From the NCBI GenBank assembly GCA_046597055.1, contig JBKJLC010000277.1, forward strand, positions 1-21,595: a stretch of 21,595 bases of DNA. The letters run 5' to 3'. Of the stretch, positions 8,379-16,936 are shown piece by piece. Numbering within the stretch: the stretch's first letter is position 1; every line of letters begins with the position of its first letter. Under the pieces are notes generated by a model that did not search any database, was not told the DNA's origin, and saw nothing but the letters and a program-made list of their open reading frames with translations. The position numbers and the translations under genes are program-made. The stretch is from Kofleriaceae bacterium. Its GTDB lineage: Bacteria > Myxococcota_A > Polyangia > Haliangiales > Haliangiaceae.

Positions 8379-9499
8379 TTGAACACCCGGCCGGCATCGA
8401 GCTTGATCACCTTGCGCACGCTGGCCAGGCTGGCCACCGCGCACATGCCGACGATCGCGCCAAGTCCGCCGCCGACCACGGTGCCGTCGAGCACGACGGT
8501 CAGCCCGAGCCCCAGGATCGCCATCTTCAGACCGGCGGCCCAGATCAGCCCGACCGCACCGCCGACCGCCGCGAGGAAGCCGGCCTGCCACATCACGAAG
8601 GCCGCCAGCTCGCCGCCCGAGGCACCCATGGCCTTGAGCGTCGCCAGCTCGCGCGTGCGACCTTCGGTCAGGCTGTACAGGGTCTGCCCGACCACGACGA
8701 GGCCGACGATCAGCCCGAGCATCGCGGCGAACGCGAGGGTCGCGCCGGCGCCCGAGCCGATCACCCAGTAGTGCGACGTCATCTGCTCGAACTCGGCGCG
8801 CGGGCGCACGACCAGATCGGGGTGGCGGTTGATCCCGGCGATCACCGCGGGCGCGCATGCGGGATCGGCGAGGTCGACCGCCCAGAACGTGGCCTGACCC
8901 TCGGCGAGCCCGAGGATGCGACGCGCCTCCCTCGGCTCGGCGAACAGGTACGGCACCACCGTGAACGACCGGATGCCATGCGTCACCACGCCGACGTGGA
9001 CGGTCCGGTCCTGCAGCTCGAGCGGTGCGCCCCGCGCATCGCCGGGCAGCTCGAGGCGTTCGAGATCGGCCCCGTCGACCGCGACCCGCATTGGCGCCCG
9101 CAGATCGGATGGCAGGCCCTGGTCGAGCGACCACGGCAGCGCGCGCCCGTCGGCTGCCTCGGCCGCGATCAGCTGCACGTTGTCGATACCGCCCGAGGGC
9201 TTGCGGATCGACGCCCACGAGAAGATGACCGGCCGCGCTCGCTCGACGCACGGCTGGGCCCGCACGACATCGCCGACGCCGGGCGACAGCACATCGGCGA
9301 AGTCGACCAGCTGGGTGCCGCGCGCCATCACCCACAGATCGCCGCCGACTCGCGAGATGACCGCGGTCGACGCCTGCTGGAAACCAAAGAATAACCCGGC
9401 CTGGACCAGCACCAGGTTCGCCGCGAACGCGACGCCGGACAGCGCGGCGAGCAGCTTGCCACGCTCGAAGAACAGCGACTGAAGGGCAATTCGCATCAT
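8375..9499 (-). CDS. ABC transporter permease (FtsX/MacB/DevC type), about 374 aa
   Basis: N-terminal TM, large periplasmic loop, three C-terminal TMs, conserved RELATLKAMGAS. Start taken at ATG 9499 (9496 also possible). Confidence 0.9.
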   Translation of the reverse strand: MMRIALQSLFFERGKLLAALSGVAFAANLVLVQAGLFFGFQQASTAVISRVGGDLWVMARGTQLVDFADVLSPGVGDVVRAQPCVERARPVIFSWASIRKPSGGIDNVQLIAAEAADGRALPWSLDQGLPSDLRAPMRVAVDGADLERLELPGDARGAPLELQDRTVHVGVVTHGIRSFTVVPYLFAEPREARRILGLAEGQATFWAVDLADPACAPAVIAGINRHPDLVVRPRAEFEQMTSHYWVIGSGAGATLAFAAMLGLIVGLVVVGQTLYSLTEGRTRELATLKAMGASGGELAAFVMWQAGFLAAVGGAVGLIWAAGLKMAILGLGLTVVLDGTVVGGGLGAIVGMCAVASLASVRKVIKLDAGRVFK

Positions 9500-9569
9500 G
9501 GCGGGGCACCGAAGACTCAACCTCAGAATGAGGATCTGAGCCGGTTAAAGTCTACTAACGTAGTTGGTG

Positions 9570-9589
9570 CGCAATGTCAACGCATTGCG
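9570..9589. promoter_or_regulatory. Perfect inverted repeat CGCAATG-N6-CATTGCG, candidate operator, overlapping a minus-strand TTGACA (9575-9580)
   Basis: The palindrome is read directly from the sequence and lies in the divergent spacer about 70 bp upstream of the left operon. Function is inferred. Confidence 0.4.
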
Positions 9590-9623
9590 TTATGCGTCCA
9601 TATTGTTGAAATACCACGACAAA

Positions 9624-9652
9624 TTGACAAATGTGCGATCTGGTCGTGATCT
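9624..9652 (+). promoter_or_regulatory. Candidate sigma70-type promoter for the right operon
   Basis: Exact TTGACA at 9624-9629 in an AT-enriched stretch. The hexamer 17 bp downstream (TGATCT) is a poor -10. Confidence 0.25.
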
Positions 9653-9981
9653 CTGTAAGGCTGCATACCTCGATATCAGTCGTGCCCATGTGGGGGAGTT
9701 CAGGATTCTCGGCGCCGGGCGGTATCACCCCGGATGGCTACTTCGGTCGCCACTTGAACTAGCTTCCAGCGGCGAGTTACCGTCGAGAAATGACCGGACA
9801 TCGACTGCTCATCATAAGGCAGAAGGCAGTCTGGTCGGAGAACATGCGTTCACTGATGACGCGGCGCATTATTTTCTCTTGCGCTGGAATTCGTGGCGGT
9901 TTACTAGAAACCCCACCAGATGTTCTCGGTTGTTCACGCCCACGGATCCAGTGACTGACGTGTTCGGGGAGAGGGTGGCAG

Positions 9982-11640
9982 ATGAAGTCTACTGACCTAA
10001 AGAGTGACGAATCGGGCGCTGACCACGGGCTCGAGCTGCTCTCGTATCTGGATCACTGCTTCGAGCGCTTTGCCGCTCGCCCGGCGCTCCGACGCGAGAC
10101 GGTCGTGGGCGAACAGCTCACGTACACGGAGCTGCGCGAGCGGATCGAGGCTGCCGCGACCGCCCTCCGCGCGGCCGGGGTCGCGCCTGGAAGCCGGGTG
10201 GCGCTCCTCAGCGAGAACCGGCCGGAGTGGGTCATCGCGCTGCTGGCGGCGTTTCGCGCTGGCGCGACGGTGGTGCCGCTGGACACCAAGCTCACGAACT
10301 CCGAGATCGCGGTCCTGCTTGGCCACGCCGAGCCGCACGTGATCCTCGCCTCGCGCGTCCAGTGTGACCGCCTGCGCGACGCCAGCCGCAGCCCCGGGCT
10401 GGATCGGGTCCTGGTGATCGATGAGGAGCTGCGCACCGGCGCCCGGGCCGCGTGGGTGCGGCGCGATCCGGCGGAGACCGCGCTCGTCATCTACACGTCG
10501 GGCACGACCGGCGATCCCAAGGGCGTCGAGATCACGTTCGCCAACCTGCTCCACCAGGTGAGGGCGGTCGACCGAGCGATCGGCCCGCAGGGACGCGAGC
10601 GCTTCCTGTCGGTGTTGCCGCTTTGCCATCTCTACGAGCTGATCTGCGGCCTCCTGGTCCCGCTGTCGCGGGGCGCAGTCGTCAGCTACTCGGCATCCGA
10701 GACGGTGATGCCGTCCGAGCTCACCCGGATCATGAAGATGCGGCGCATCACGTCGCTGGTCGGCGTGCCGCTGCTGTACCGCGCGCTCGCCCGTGGCATC
10801 GATCTGGAGCTCCGCCGCGCGCCGGCGTTCGCCCGCTGGATCGTCGCGGTTGCCGGAGCCCTCGCGCTGCGGTTGCCGTTTCCCCGCGTGAAGCGCCTCC
10901 TCCACACGCCCATCCTGCGCGGCTTCGGCGGGCGTCTGCGTCAGCTCTACTCGGGCGGTGCCGCCCTCGAGGTCGGGGTCGGCCGCCGCTTCGAGAGCAT
11001 GGGGCTGCGGGTGTTCGAGGGCTACGGACTGTCGGAGACCAGCCCGGTGATCGCGACCAACACGCCGGGCGCATATCGCCTTGGATCGGTCGGGCGGCCG
11101 CTGCCGGGCGTCGAGGTGAAGATCAGCGCCGATGGCGAGATCCACACCCGCGGTCCGAACGTGATGCGCGGCTACGTCGACCGTCTCGACCTCACCGCCG
11201 CCGTCCTCGGTCACGACGGATGGCTCCGCACCGGCGACCTCGGGCATCTCGACGCCGACGGCTATCTGTACGTCACGGGTCGCGCCAAGGAGGTCATCGT
11301 CCTCGGCGGCGGCAAGAAGGTCTACCCGGACGAGGTCGAGCTCGCGCTCGCCCAGCATCCCGCATTCACCGAGGTCTGCGTGCTCGGCATCCCCGGCCGT
11401 CACGGTCACGACGAGGTGTGCGCCGTGGTGGTTCCGGCCGCCTCCGCACTCACCGACGAGGTCATCGCCGCTGCCGAGGCCGACGTTGCCCATGCGCTCG
11501 CCGGCATCGCCGCCTACAAGCGGCCGACCCGCGTGCTGGTCCGCCGCGAAGCCATCCCCCGAACCACCACCCGCAAGGCCAAGCGGACCGCGCTGCTCGC
11601 GTGGGTCGGCCAGCTCGACGTCCAGAAAGAGGCCGCATGA
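9982..11640 (+). CDS. Long-chain fatty acyl-CoA/ACP ligase (ANL superfamily, AMP-binding)
   Basis: YTSGTTGDPKG, SVLPLCHLYE, SGGA, GYGLSETSP, RGPNVMRGY, WLRTGDLG, GRAKE, and a C-terminal PRTTTRK. GGGAGAGGG upstream. Confidence 0.93.
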   Translation: MKSTDLKSDESGADHGLELLSYLDHCFERFAARPALRRETVVGEQLTYTELRERIEAAATALRAAGVAPGSRVALLSENRPEWVIALLAAFRAGATVVPLDTKLTNSEIAVLLGHAEPHVILASRVQCDRLRDASRSPGLDRVLVIDEELRTGARAAWVRRDPAETALVIYTSGTTGDPKGVEITFANLLHQVRAVDRAIGPQGRERFLSVLPLCHLYELICGLLVPLSRGAVVSYSASETVMPSELTRIMKMRRITSLVGVPLLYRALARGIDLELRRAPAFARWIVAVAGALALRLPFPRVKRLLHTPILRGFGGRLRQLYSGGAALEVGVGRRFESMGLRVFEGYGLSETSPVIATNTPGAYRLGSVGRPLPGVEVKISADGEIHTRGPNVMRGYVDRLDLTAAVLGHDGWLRTGDLGHLDADGYLYVTGRAKEVIVLGGGKKVYPDEVELALAQHPAFTEVCVLGIPGRHGHDEVCAVVVPAASALTDEVIAAAEADVAHALAGIAAYKRPTRVLVRREAIPRTTTRKAKRTALLAWVGQLDVQKEAA

Positions 11641-12590
11641 CCACCGACGTGTTCGTTCACGACTTCTCGCTCTCGCTGGGGCAGCACGAGCACACCCTCG
11701 AGGAGTCGGTCGCGGCCGGCCGGGTTCACTCCGGCGCGCAGGCGCTCGGCGAGGCCGGCTTCCGACGCCACCGGATGGCCGGGACCGACCAGAACGCGTA
11801 CGACCTGGCGCGGGCGGCGGTCACGCCGATCGCCAGCGCGGCTGCCGATGCCGGCGCGATCATCTATGCGACCTGCCTGCCCGAGAACGGCAACATCGGC
11901 GACGCCGCGCAGTTCCGGGCCACCCGCGACGTGAAGCACGTGATGGACTTCCCGGTCAGTCACCTCCAGGCCGACTTCGGCCTCGACCGCGCGTCCGCGA
12001 TCGGGCTCAACCAGCAGGCGTGCACCAGCATGCTCGGCAGCCTGCGCCTGGCCCGCGCGCTCTTGCGCGACGAGCCCGAGCTCGGTCGCATCCTGTGCGT
12101 GTCGGCCGATCGGTTTCCCGAGGGCGCCGAGTACGAGCAGGCCTACAACCTCATCTCCGATGGCGCGGCGGCCTGCGTGGTGTCGCTGGTGCCGCGCGGC
12201 TACCGCATCGTCGCCTGCCACCACATCACCAACGGTGCGCTGGCCCGCGCGTCCGATGACGAGACGGTCGGGACCTACTTCTCGTACACCGCGCGGCTCT
12301 TGCGCGAGACGATGGCGAAGGCCGGGCTGGCCGCCGGTCAGATCGACTGGGTCCTGCCGCAGAACACCCACGTCAAGGCGTGGACGATCCTGGCCCGGTT
12401 GCTCGGGCTGTCCGAGCACAAGGTGTTCTTCCGGACGATGCCGGACATCGGGCACGTGATCAGCTCGGACAACGTCGCCAACCTGATCGCGCTCGAGCGC
12501 GAGGGGCCGATCGCGCCGGGCACCCGCCTGCTGCTGCCCATGGCCGGCTTCGGCCTCAACTGGGCGGCCGTGATCCTGGAGAAGGTATGA
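11637..12590 (+). CDS. KAS III (FabH)-fold protein with non-canonical active site, 317 aa
   Basis: ATG 11637 (ATGA overlap). NQQACTS catalytic Cys, ISDGAAA, IDWVLPQN, IGHVISSD, C-terminal AGFGLNW. Confidence 0.88.
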   Translation: MTTDVFVHDFSLSLGQHEHTLEESVAAGRVHSGAQALGEAGFRRHRMAGTDQNAYDLARAAVTPIASAAADAGAIIYATCLPENGNIGDAAQFRATRDVKHVMDFPVSHLQADFGLDRASAIGLNQQACTSMLGSLRLARALLRDEPELGRILCVSADRFPEGAEYEQAYNLISDGAAACVVSLVPRGYRIVACHHITNGALARASDDETVGTYFSYTARLLRETMAKAGLAAGQIDWVLPQNTHVKAWTILARLLGLSEHKVFFRTMPDIGHVISSDNVANLIALEREGPIAPGTRLLLPMAGFGLNWAAVILEKV

Positions 12591-13459
12591 CCAGTCAGCT
12601 CGCCACGGTCGCCGCCCGTCTGACCGAGCGCTCGCTCGAGGCGGCCGGCGCGCCGGCGCCGCCATTGGCATGGCCGGCCGCGATCCCGGCCGATGCCTGG
12701 TGCATGAGCCCCGAGCTGGTCTCGCTCCACGGCACGCCGTGGTGGGACGCGCTCGACGAGGCCGGCCGCCAGAAGCTGGCCTACCACGAGTGCCTCAACT
12801 TCTTCGCGCTCAACATCCACGGCGAACGCGCCCTGATGGAGGGCATCGCGCACCGGCTCTATGCCCGCGAGCTCGCCGAGCATGCGCACTATCTCCACCA
12901 CTTCCTCGCCGAGGAGAACCAGCACATGACCTGGTTCGGCGGGTTCTGCCAGCGCTACGCCGGCAAGATCTACCCGGATCGCAAGCTGGTGCTGCCGCGC
13001 GAGCACGCGCCTGGCGAGGAAGATCTCCTGTTCTTCGCCCGGGTGCTGGTGTTCGAGCTGATCGTCGACGGCCTCAACCTGCGCATGGCCAAGGACGACC
13101 GGCTGCACCCGCTGGTGCGCGAGATCAACCGCCGCCATCACGAGGACGAGTCGCGCCACCTCGCGTTCGGCCGGCTGGTCGTCGAGGATCTGTGGCAGCG
13201 CCACGCGCCGCGCTGGACCGACGAGGTCCGCGCCGCGGTGCCGGCGTACCTGGCCGCGTACCTCGATGCGACCTGGCGCGAGTACTACAACCCCGATGTC
13301 TATCGCGATGCTGGCATCGCCGAGCCGTATCGCGTCGCCCGCGAGGCCTTCGTCCACCCCGCCTCGCTTGCCCGCCGTGACGAGGTGCAGCGCCGCTGCG
13401 TGCGCATCCTCGACGAGATCGGCCTGTGGCCCACCGCTTCCGAGGAGCAACCGTCATGA
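12587..13459 (+). CDS. AurF-family non-heme diiron oxygenase, 290 aa
   Basis: ATG 12587 (ATGA overlap). PELVSLHGTP, ligand set GE(R), EENQH, FE(LIVD), HHEDESRH: the AurF-type 4-Glu/3-His pattern. Confidence 0.85.
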   Translation: MTSQLATVAARLTERSLEAAGAPAPPLAWPAAIPADAWCMSPELVSLHGTPWWDALDEAGRQKLAYHECLNFFALNIHGERALMEGIAHRLYARELAEHAHYLHHFLAEENQHMTWFGGFCQRYAGKIYPDRKLVLPREHAPGEEDLLFFARVLVFELIVDGLNLRMAKDDRLHPLVREINRRHHEDESRHLAFGRLVVEDLWQRHAPRWTDEVRAAVPAYLAAYLDATWREYYNPDVYRDAGIAEPYRVAREAFVHPASLARRDEVQRRCVRILDEIGLWPTASEEQPS

Positions 13460-13725
13460 TCACCGCCACGCCGACCCGCAAGGCGCGCCTGCGCACCTGG
13501 ATCCTCGAGCACGGCAAGCGCATCGACGCCGCCGACCTGCACGACGACACCCCGCTGCTGGAGCGCCGCATCCTGACCTCGCTCCAGCTCGCCGATCTGC
13601 TGCTGTTCCTCGAGGAGCTGCGCGACGCGCCGGTCGATCTCGAGGGCATCACCGGCAGCTCGTTCCGCGACCTCGGCTCGATGGTCCGCAGCTTCCTCCC
13701 CGACGAGGCGCCGGCCCATGTCTGA
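13456..13725 (+). CDS. Carrier protein 1 (ACP/PCP-like), 89 aa
   Basis: Small helical protein with DDTPLLERRILTSLQLADLLLFLEE (Ser at the phosphopantetheine position, TSL variant). ATG 13456 with GAGGAG upstream. Confidence 0.8.
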   Translation: MITATPTRKARLRTWILEHGKRIDAADLHDDTPLLERRILTSLQLADLLLFLEELRDAPVDLEGITGSSFRDLGSMVRSFLPDEAPAHV

Positions 13726-14605
13726 GCTCGCCAGCTTCACCCACCCCGACCTGCGCTGGCGCGGGACCCAGGCGGTCCTCACCGGCGCGCTGCTCGACCT
13801 GTACAAGCGGCTCGACGCGGTGTTCGCGCGGCTCGGTGCCCACGAGCACGCGCCCGAGGTGCTGTACCCGACGTTGCTCGACGCCGAGCACCTGGCCAAG
13901 CTCGACTACTTCCGGTCGTTCCCGCACCTGGCGACCTTCGCCTGCAACCTCGACCGCGATCCCGACAACCTCGGCACCTTCGCGCGCGGCGCCGGCATCG
14001 ACGACCGCGGCGGCGTGGCGCTGACCCGGCTCGACCCGGTCACCCAGGTCCTGACCCCGGCCGCCTGCTACCACGTCTACGTCGACCTGGCCGGCCAGGC
14101 CCTGACCGGGCTGCGCACGGTCACCACCCGCGCCACCTGCTTCCGCCGCGAGTCGCACTACCTGCCGCTCGAGCGGCAGTGGAGCTTCGGCATGCGCGAG
14201 GTGGTCGCGCTCGGCACCGCCGACGACGTCAAGGCGTTCCTGGTCCGCGGCCGGACCCGGGTCGAGCGGCTGATCACGGGCCTGGGCCTGACCATCGCGT
14301 GGACCGCGGCGACCGATCCGTTCTTCGACATGTCGAAGAACCCCAAGTTCCTGGCCCAGAAGCTCGATCCGGTGAAGACCGAGATGGTCCACGCCGGCCG
14401 GCTGGCGATCGGGTCGATCAACTTCCACCGCAACTTCTTCGGCGAGACCTTCGGGATCACGAACGGCGGCGAGCCGGTGTTCTCGGGCTGCGTCGCGTTC
14501 GGGCTGGAGCGCTGGATCCGCGCCGTGCTCGAGACCCACGGTCCCGACCCGCGGGGCTGGCCCGACCTCGAGGCGGCCGCGCAGGAGATGCTGAGCGATG
14601 TCTGA
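13718..14605 (+). CDS. Amino acid:[carrier protein] ligase, truncated class II seryl-tRNA-synthetase homolog
   Basis: 295 aa catalytic core only, no tRNA-binding domain. YFRSFPHL, LTPAACYHVY, motif 2 CFRRE, RQWSFGMRE, SINFHRNFFG, motif 3 SGCVAFGLERW. Directly follows a carrier-protein gene. Confidence 0.88.
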   Translation: MSELASFTHPDLRWRGTQAVLTGALLDLYKRLDAVFARLGAHEHAPEVLYPTLLDAEHLAKLDYFRSFPHLATFACNLDRDPDNLGTFARGAGIDDRGGVALTRLDPVTQVLTPAACYHVYVDLAGQALTGLRTVTTRATCFRRESHYLPLERQWSFGMREVVALGTADDVKAFLVRGRTRVERLITGLGLTIAWTAATDPFFDMSKNPKFLAQKLDPVKTEMVHAGRLAIGSINFHRNFFGETFGITNGGEPVFSGCVAFGLERWIRAVLETHGPDPRGWPDLEAAAQEMLSDV

Positions 14606-15677
14606 CCGGATCCTCGTCACCGGCGCCGGTGGCTATCTCGGCCAGCGGCTGGTCGAGCGGCTGCTCGACACCAGCGACGCCACCGTGGTCGCCTTCGTCC
14701 ACGGAGCCCCCGATGCCCCGCCGGCACCGCCGACCGCGCTCGCGCGCTTCGGCGATCGCCTGGTGATGGCGGCCGGCGAGCTCGGCGAAGACGGCGCCTT
14801 CGCCGGCGTCGATCCGGCCGCGATCACGCACATCGTCCACGGGGCGGCGATCACCCGCTTCAACGTCGAGGCCGAGCTCGCCGACCGGGTCAACCTCGGC
14901 GGCGCCCGCCAGGCCTTCGAGCTCGCGACCCGCTGCCCGCGGCTCGAGCACCTCGTACAGGTCAGCACGGTGTACGCCGCCGGGCTGCGCGAGGGCGAGA
15001 TCGCCGAGGCGCCGCTCGATCGTGCGGTCCGGTTCGCCAATCATTACGAGCGCTCGAAGTGGGAGGCGGAGCAGCTGCTGCTGACCTCCTACCGGCAGCT
15101 GCCGGCCACGATCGCGCGGGTCGCCACGGTGATTGCCGATGATCTGGGTGGGGTGGTGAACCAGAAGAACGCGGTGCACAACACGCTGCGACTGCTGTTC
15201 CATGGGCTCCTCTCGCTGGTGCCGGGTTCGGCGACCACGCCGGTCTATTTCGTCACGGGCCAGCTGGTGGTCGATGCGCTGGCGGCGCTGGTGCTCGGCG
15301 ACGTGCGGCCGCCGGTGGTCCACGTCAGCCACGGCCTCGACGAGTCGGGGACGCTCGGCGACCTGCTCGAGCTCGCGTACGAGGTCTTCGAACGCGACCC
15401 CGGTTACCGCTCGCGCCGGCTGCTGCGGCCGCTCCTGGTCGACGCCGACTCGTTCGAGCTGCTGGTGTCGGGCATCGACGGCTTCGGCGGTGACGCCGTG
15501 CGCCAGGCGCTCACCAGTGTCGCGCCGTTCGCGCGCCAGCTGTTCTCATCCAAGCAGGTCCGCAACGACGAGCTACGTCGGGTGGTGCCCGGTTACCAGG
15601 CGCCACGGCCGGCGGAGTTGGTCCGCCGCACGGTCGAGCACCTGGTCGCGACTCGCTGGGGCAAGGTCGCGGCGTGA
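14598..15677 (+). CDS. Stand-alone thioester-reductase / fatty-acyl-reductase-like extended SDR
   Basis: ILVTGAGGYLG, IVHGAA, VNLGG, QVSTVYAAG, NHYERSKWEAE (YxxxK). Confidence 0.85.
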   Translation: MSDRILVTGAGGYLGQRLVERLLDTSDATVVAFVHGAPDAPPAPPTALARFGDRLVMAAGELGEDGAFAGVDPAAITHIVHGAAITRFNVEAELADRVNLGGARQAFELATRCPRLEHLVQVSTVYAAGLREGEIAEAPLDRAVRFANHYERSKWEAEQLLLTSYRQLPATIARVATVIADDLGGVVNQKNAVHNTLRLLFHGLLSLVPGSATTPVYFVTGQLVVDALAALVLGDVRPPVVHVSHGLDESGTLGDLLELAYEVFERDPGYRSRRLLRPLLVDADSFELLVSGIDGFGGDAVRQALTSVAPFARQLFSSKQVRNDELRRVVPGYQAPRPAELVRRTVEHLVATRWGKVAA

Positions 15678-16243
15678 GCGGGCTGGGCGACCCCGCCGTC
15701 CTGTCGGCCCGGGTCCAGGCCGCCGCGGCGGCGCATCTCTCGGTCGCGCTGCACGTCGCGGTGGACCGCACCGGCCCCGCGGCGCTCACGCGCGCGCTGC
15801 GCGCCGCCGGTCGCTCCACGGACGCGCCGATCTGGCCCTGTCCGTACGCATCGCTGACGCACAGCGGCGCGGTCGCGATCGCGGTCGCGCTGCCGGCGAC
15901 CAGCACCGCCGACGGGCTGGGCGTCGACCTGGAGCTCGACCGCCCGGTCCGGCCCGGGCTGGCCCGGCTGGTGTGCGACGCTCACGAGCTGGCCTGGCTC
16001 GACACGTTGCCCGCCGAGCAGCGAGCCGCCGAGACCCTGCGGCTGTGGACGATCAAGGAAGCCCTGTACAAGGCGGACCCCGTGCAAGGCGACGCCATCG
16101 TTGCCGACTACGCGGTGGCCAACCCCGGCGATGAGCGGACCACCGGCCGCCGTAGCGGAAGTGCCGACCAAGCCACCGTGTTCTCGATGCGCTTCGGCGG
16201 CGGCGTGCTCAGCGTCGCGCTGCGACCGCGAGGAGGATCGTGA
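15674..16243 (+). CDS. 4'-phosphopantetheinyl transferase (EntD/Sfp-like, short)
   Basis: PIWP..ASLTHS, LGVDLE, LWTIKEALYKA. Confidence 0.88.
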   Translation: MSGLGDPAVLSARVQAAAAAHLSVALHVAVDRTGPAALTRALRAAGRSTDAPIWPCPYASLTHSGAVAIAVALPATSTADGLGVDLELDRPVRPGLARLVCDAHELAWLDTLPAEQRAAETLRLWTIKEALYKADPVQGDAIVADYAVANPGDERTTGRRSGSADQATVFSMRFGGGVLSVALRPRGGS

Positions 16244-16869
16244 TGATGACAATGCCTGATACCAGCACCGAGCCTGCAACTGACACGGTCAGCCCCACGT
16301 CGCCTGCGCTACGCGGTGAGGCCGAGCGCTGGTTGCTCAGCTACTACCGCATGTCCGAGATCGACGGCGCGCTGTTCTTCGGCCGGCTGTGCAAGGTGAT
16401 CCGCGACCCTCGGATCCAGTTCGATCTCACCCGGCACTTCGCGGACGAGAGCCAGCACTGTCGCTGGTGGACCGACTGCATGGACGACGTCGGCGTGCGA
16501 CCGATGAAGGTGATCTCGTCGTATCAGGACGCCTACCTCGAAGCCGGTGGCGCGCCCGCCAACGTGATGGAGGTCCTCGCGGTGACGCTGGCGTTCGAGA
16601 AGCGGGTCGCCGGCAGCTACGCGGCGCACCTGAAGGTCCCCGTGTTGGCCGCGCCGATCCGGGCCACGCTCGAGCGGATCATGAAGGACGAGGGCTGGCA
16701 CATCCAGTGGGTCAGTCAGGCCCTCCGCGAGATGCACGCCGAGTACGGCGCGGAGGTTGTCGAGGCCGCGGTCGACCGTTACGCCGCCGCCGACCGCGAG
16801 GTCTATCAGCGCACGCTCGCTGAGTACGGCGAGGTCGTCCAGAGCCTCAACCACTTCCGGGCGTCGTAG
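16243..16869 (+). CDS. Ferritin-like diiron four-helix-bundle protein
   Basis: Ligand pattern SEIDG, ADESQH, AFEKR, KDEGWH (two DExxH). AGGAGG at 16231-16236 favours ATG 16243 (GTG 16240 is the alternative). Confidence 0.82.
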   Translation: MMTMPDTSTEPATDTVSPTSPALRGEAERWLLSYYRMSEIDGALFFGRLCKVIRDPRIQFDLTRHFADESQHCRWWTDCMDDVGVRPMKVISSYQDAYLEAGGAPANVMEVLAVTLAFEKRVAGSYAAHLKVPVLAAPIRATLERIMKDEGWHIQWVSQALREMHAEYGAEVVEAAVDRYAAADREVYQRTLAEYGEVVQSLNHFRAS

Positions 16870-16936
16870 GCCTCGCGTCCGCTGATCACGCCCACGCCAC
16901 GCCTTCCATCTCGTACCAGAACCGCCAGGAGTCCCC

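Noticed and set aside
9564..9995. 143-aa plus-strand ORF in the divergent spacer
   Set aside because: TTG start, no recognisable motif, atypical codon usage, and it overlaps the candidate promoter elements and the ligase start; most likely non-coding.
13718..14605. Interpretation as a housekeeping or self-resistance seryl-tRNA synthetase
   Set aside because: Too short, lacks the tRNA-binding domain and is coupled to a carrier-protein gene, which fits an aa:carrier-protein ligase.
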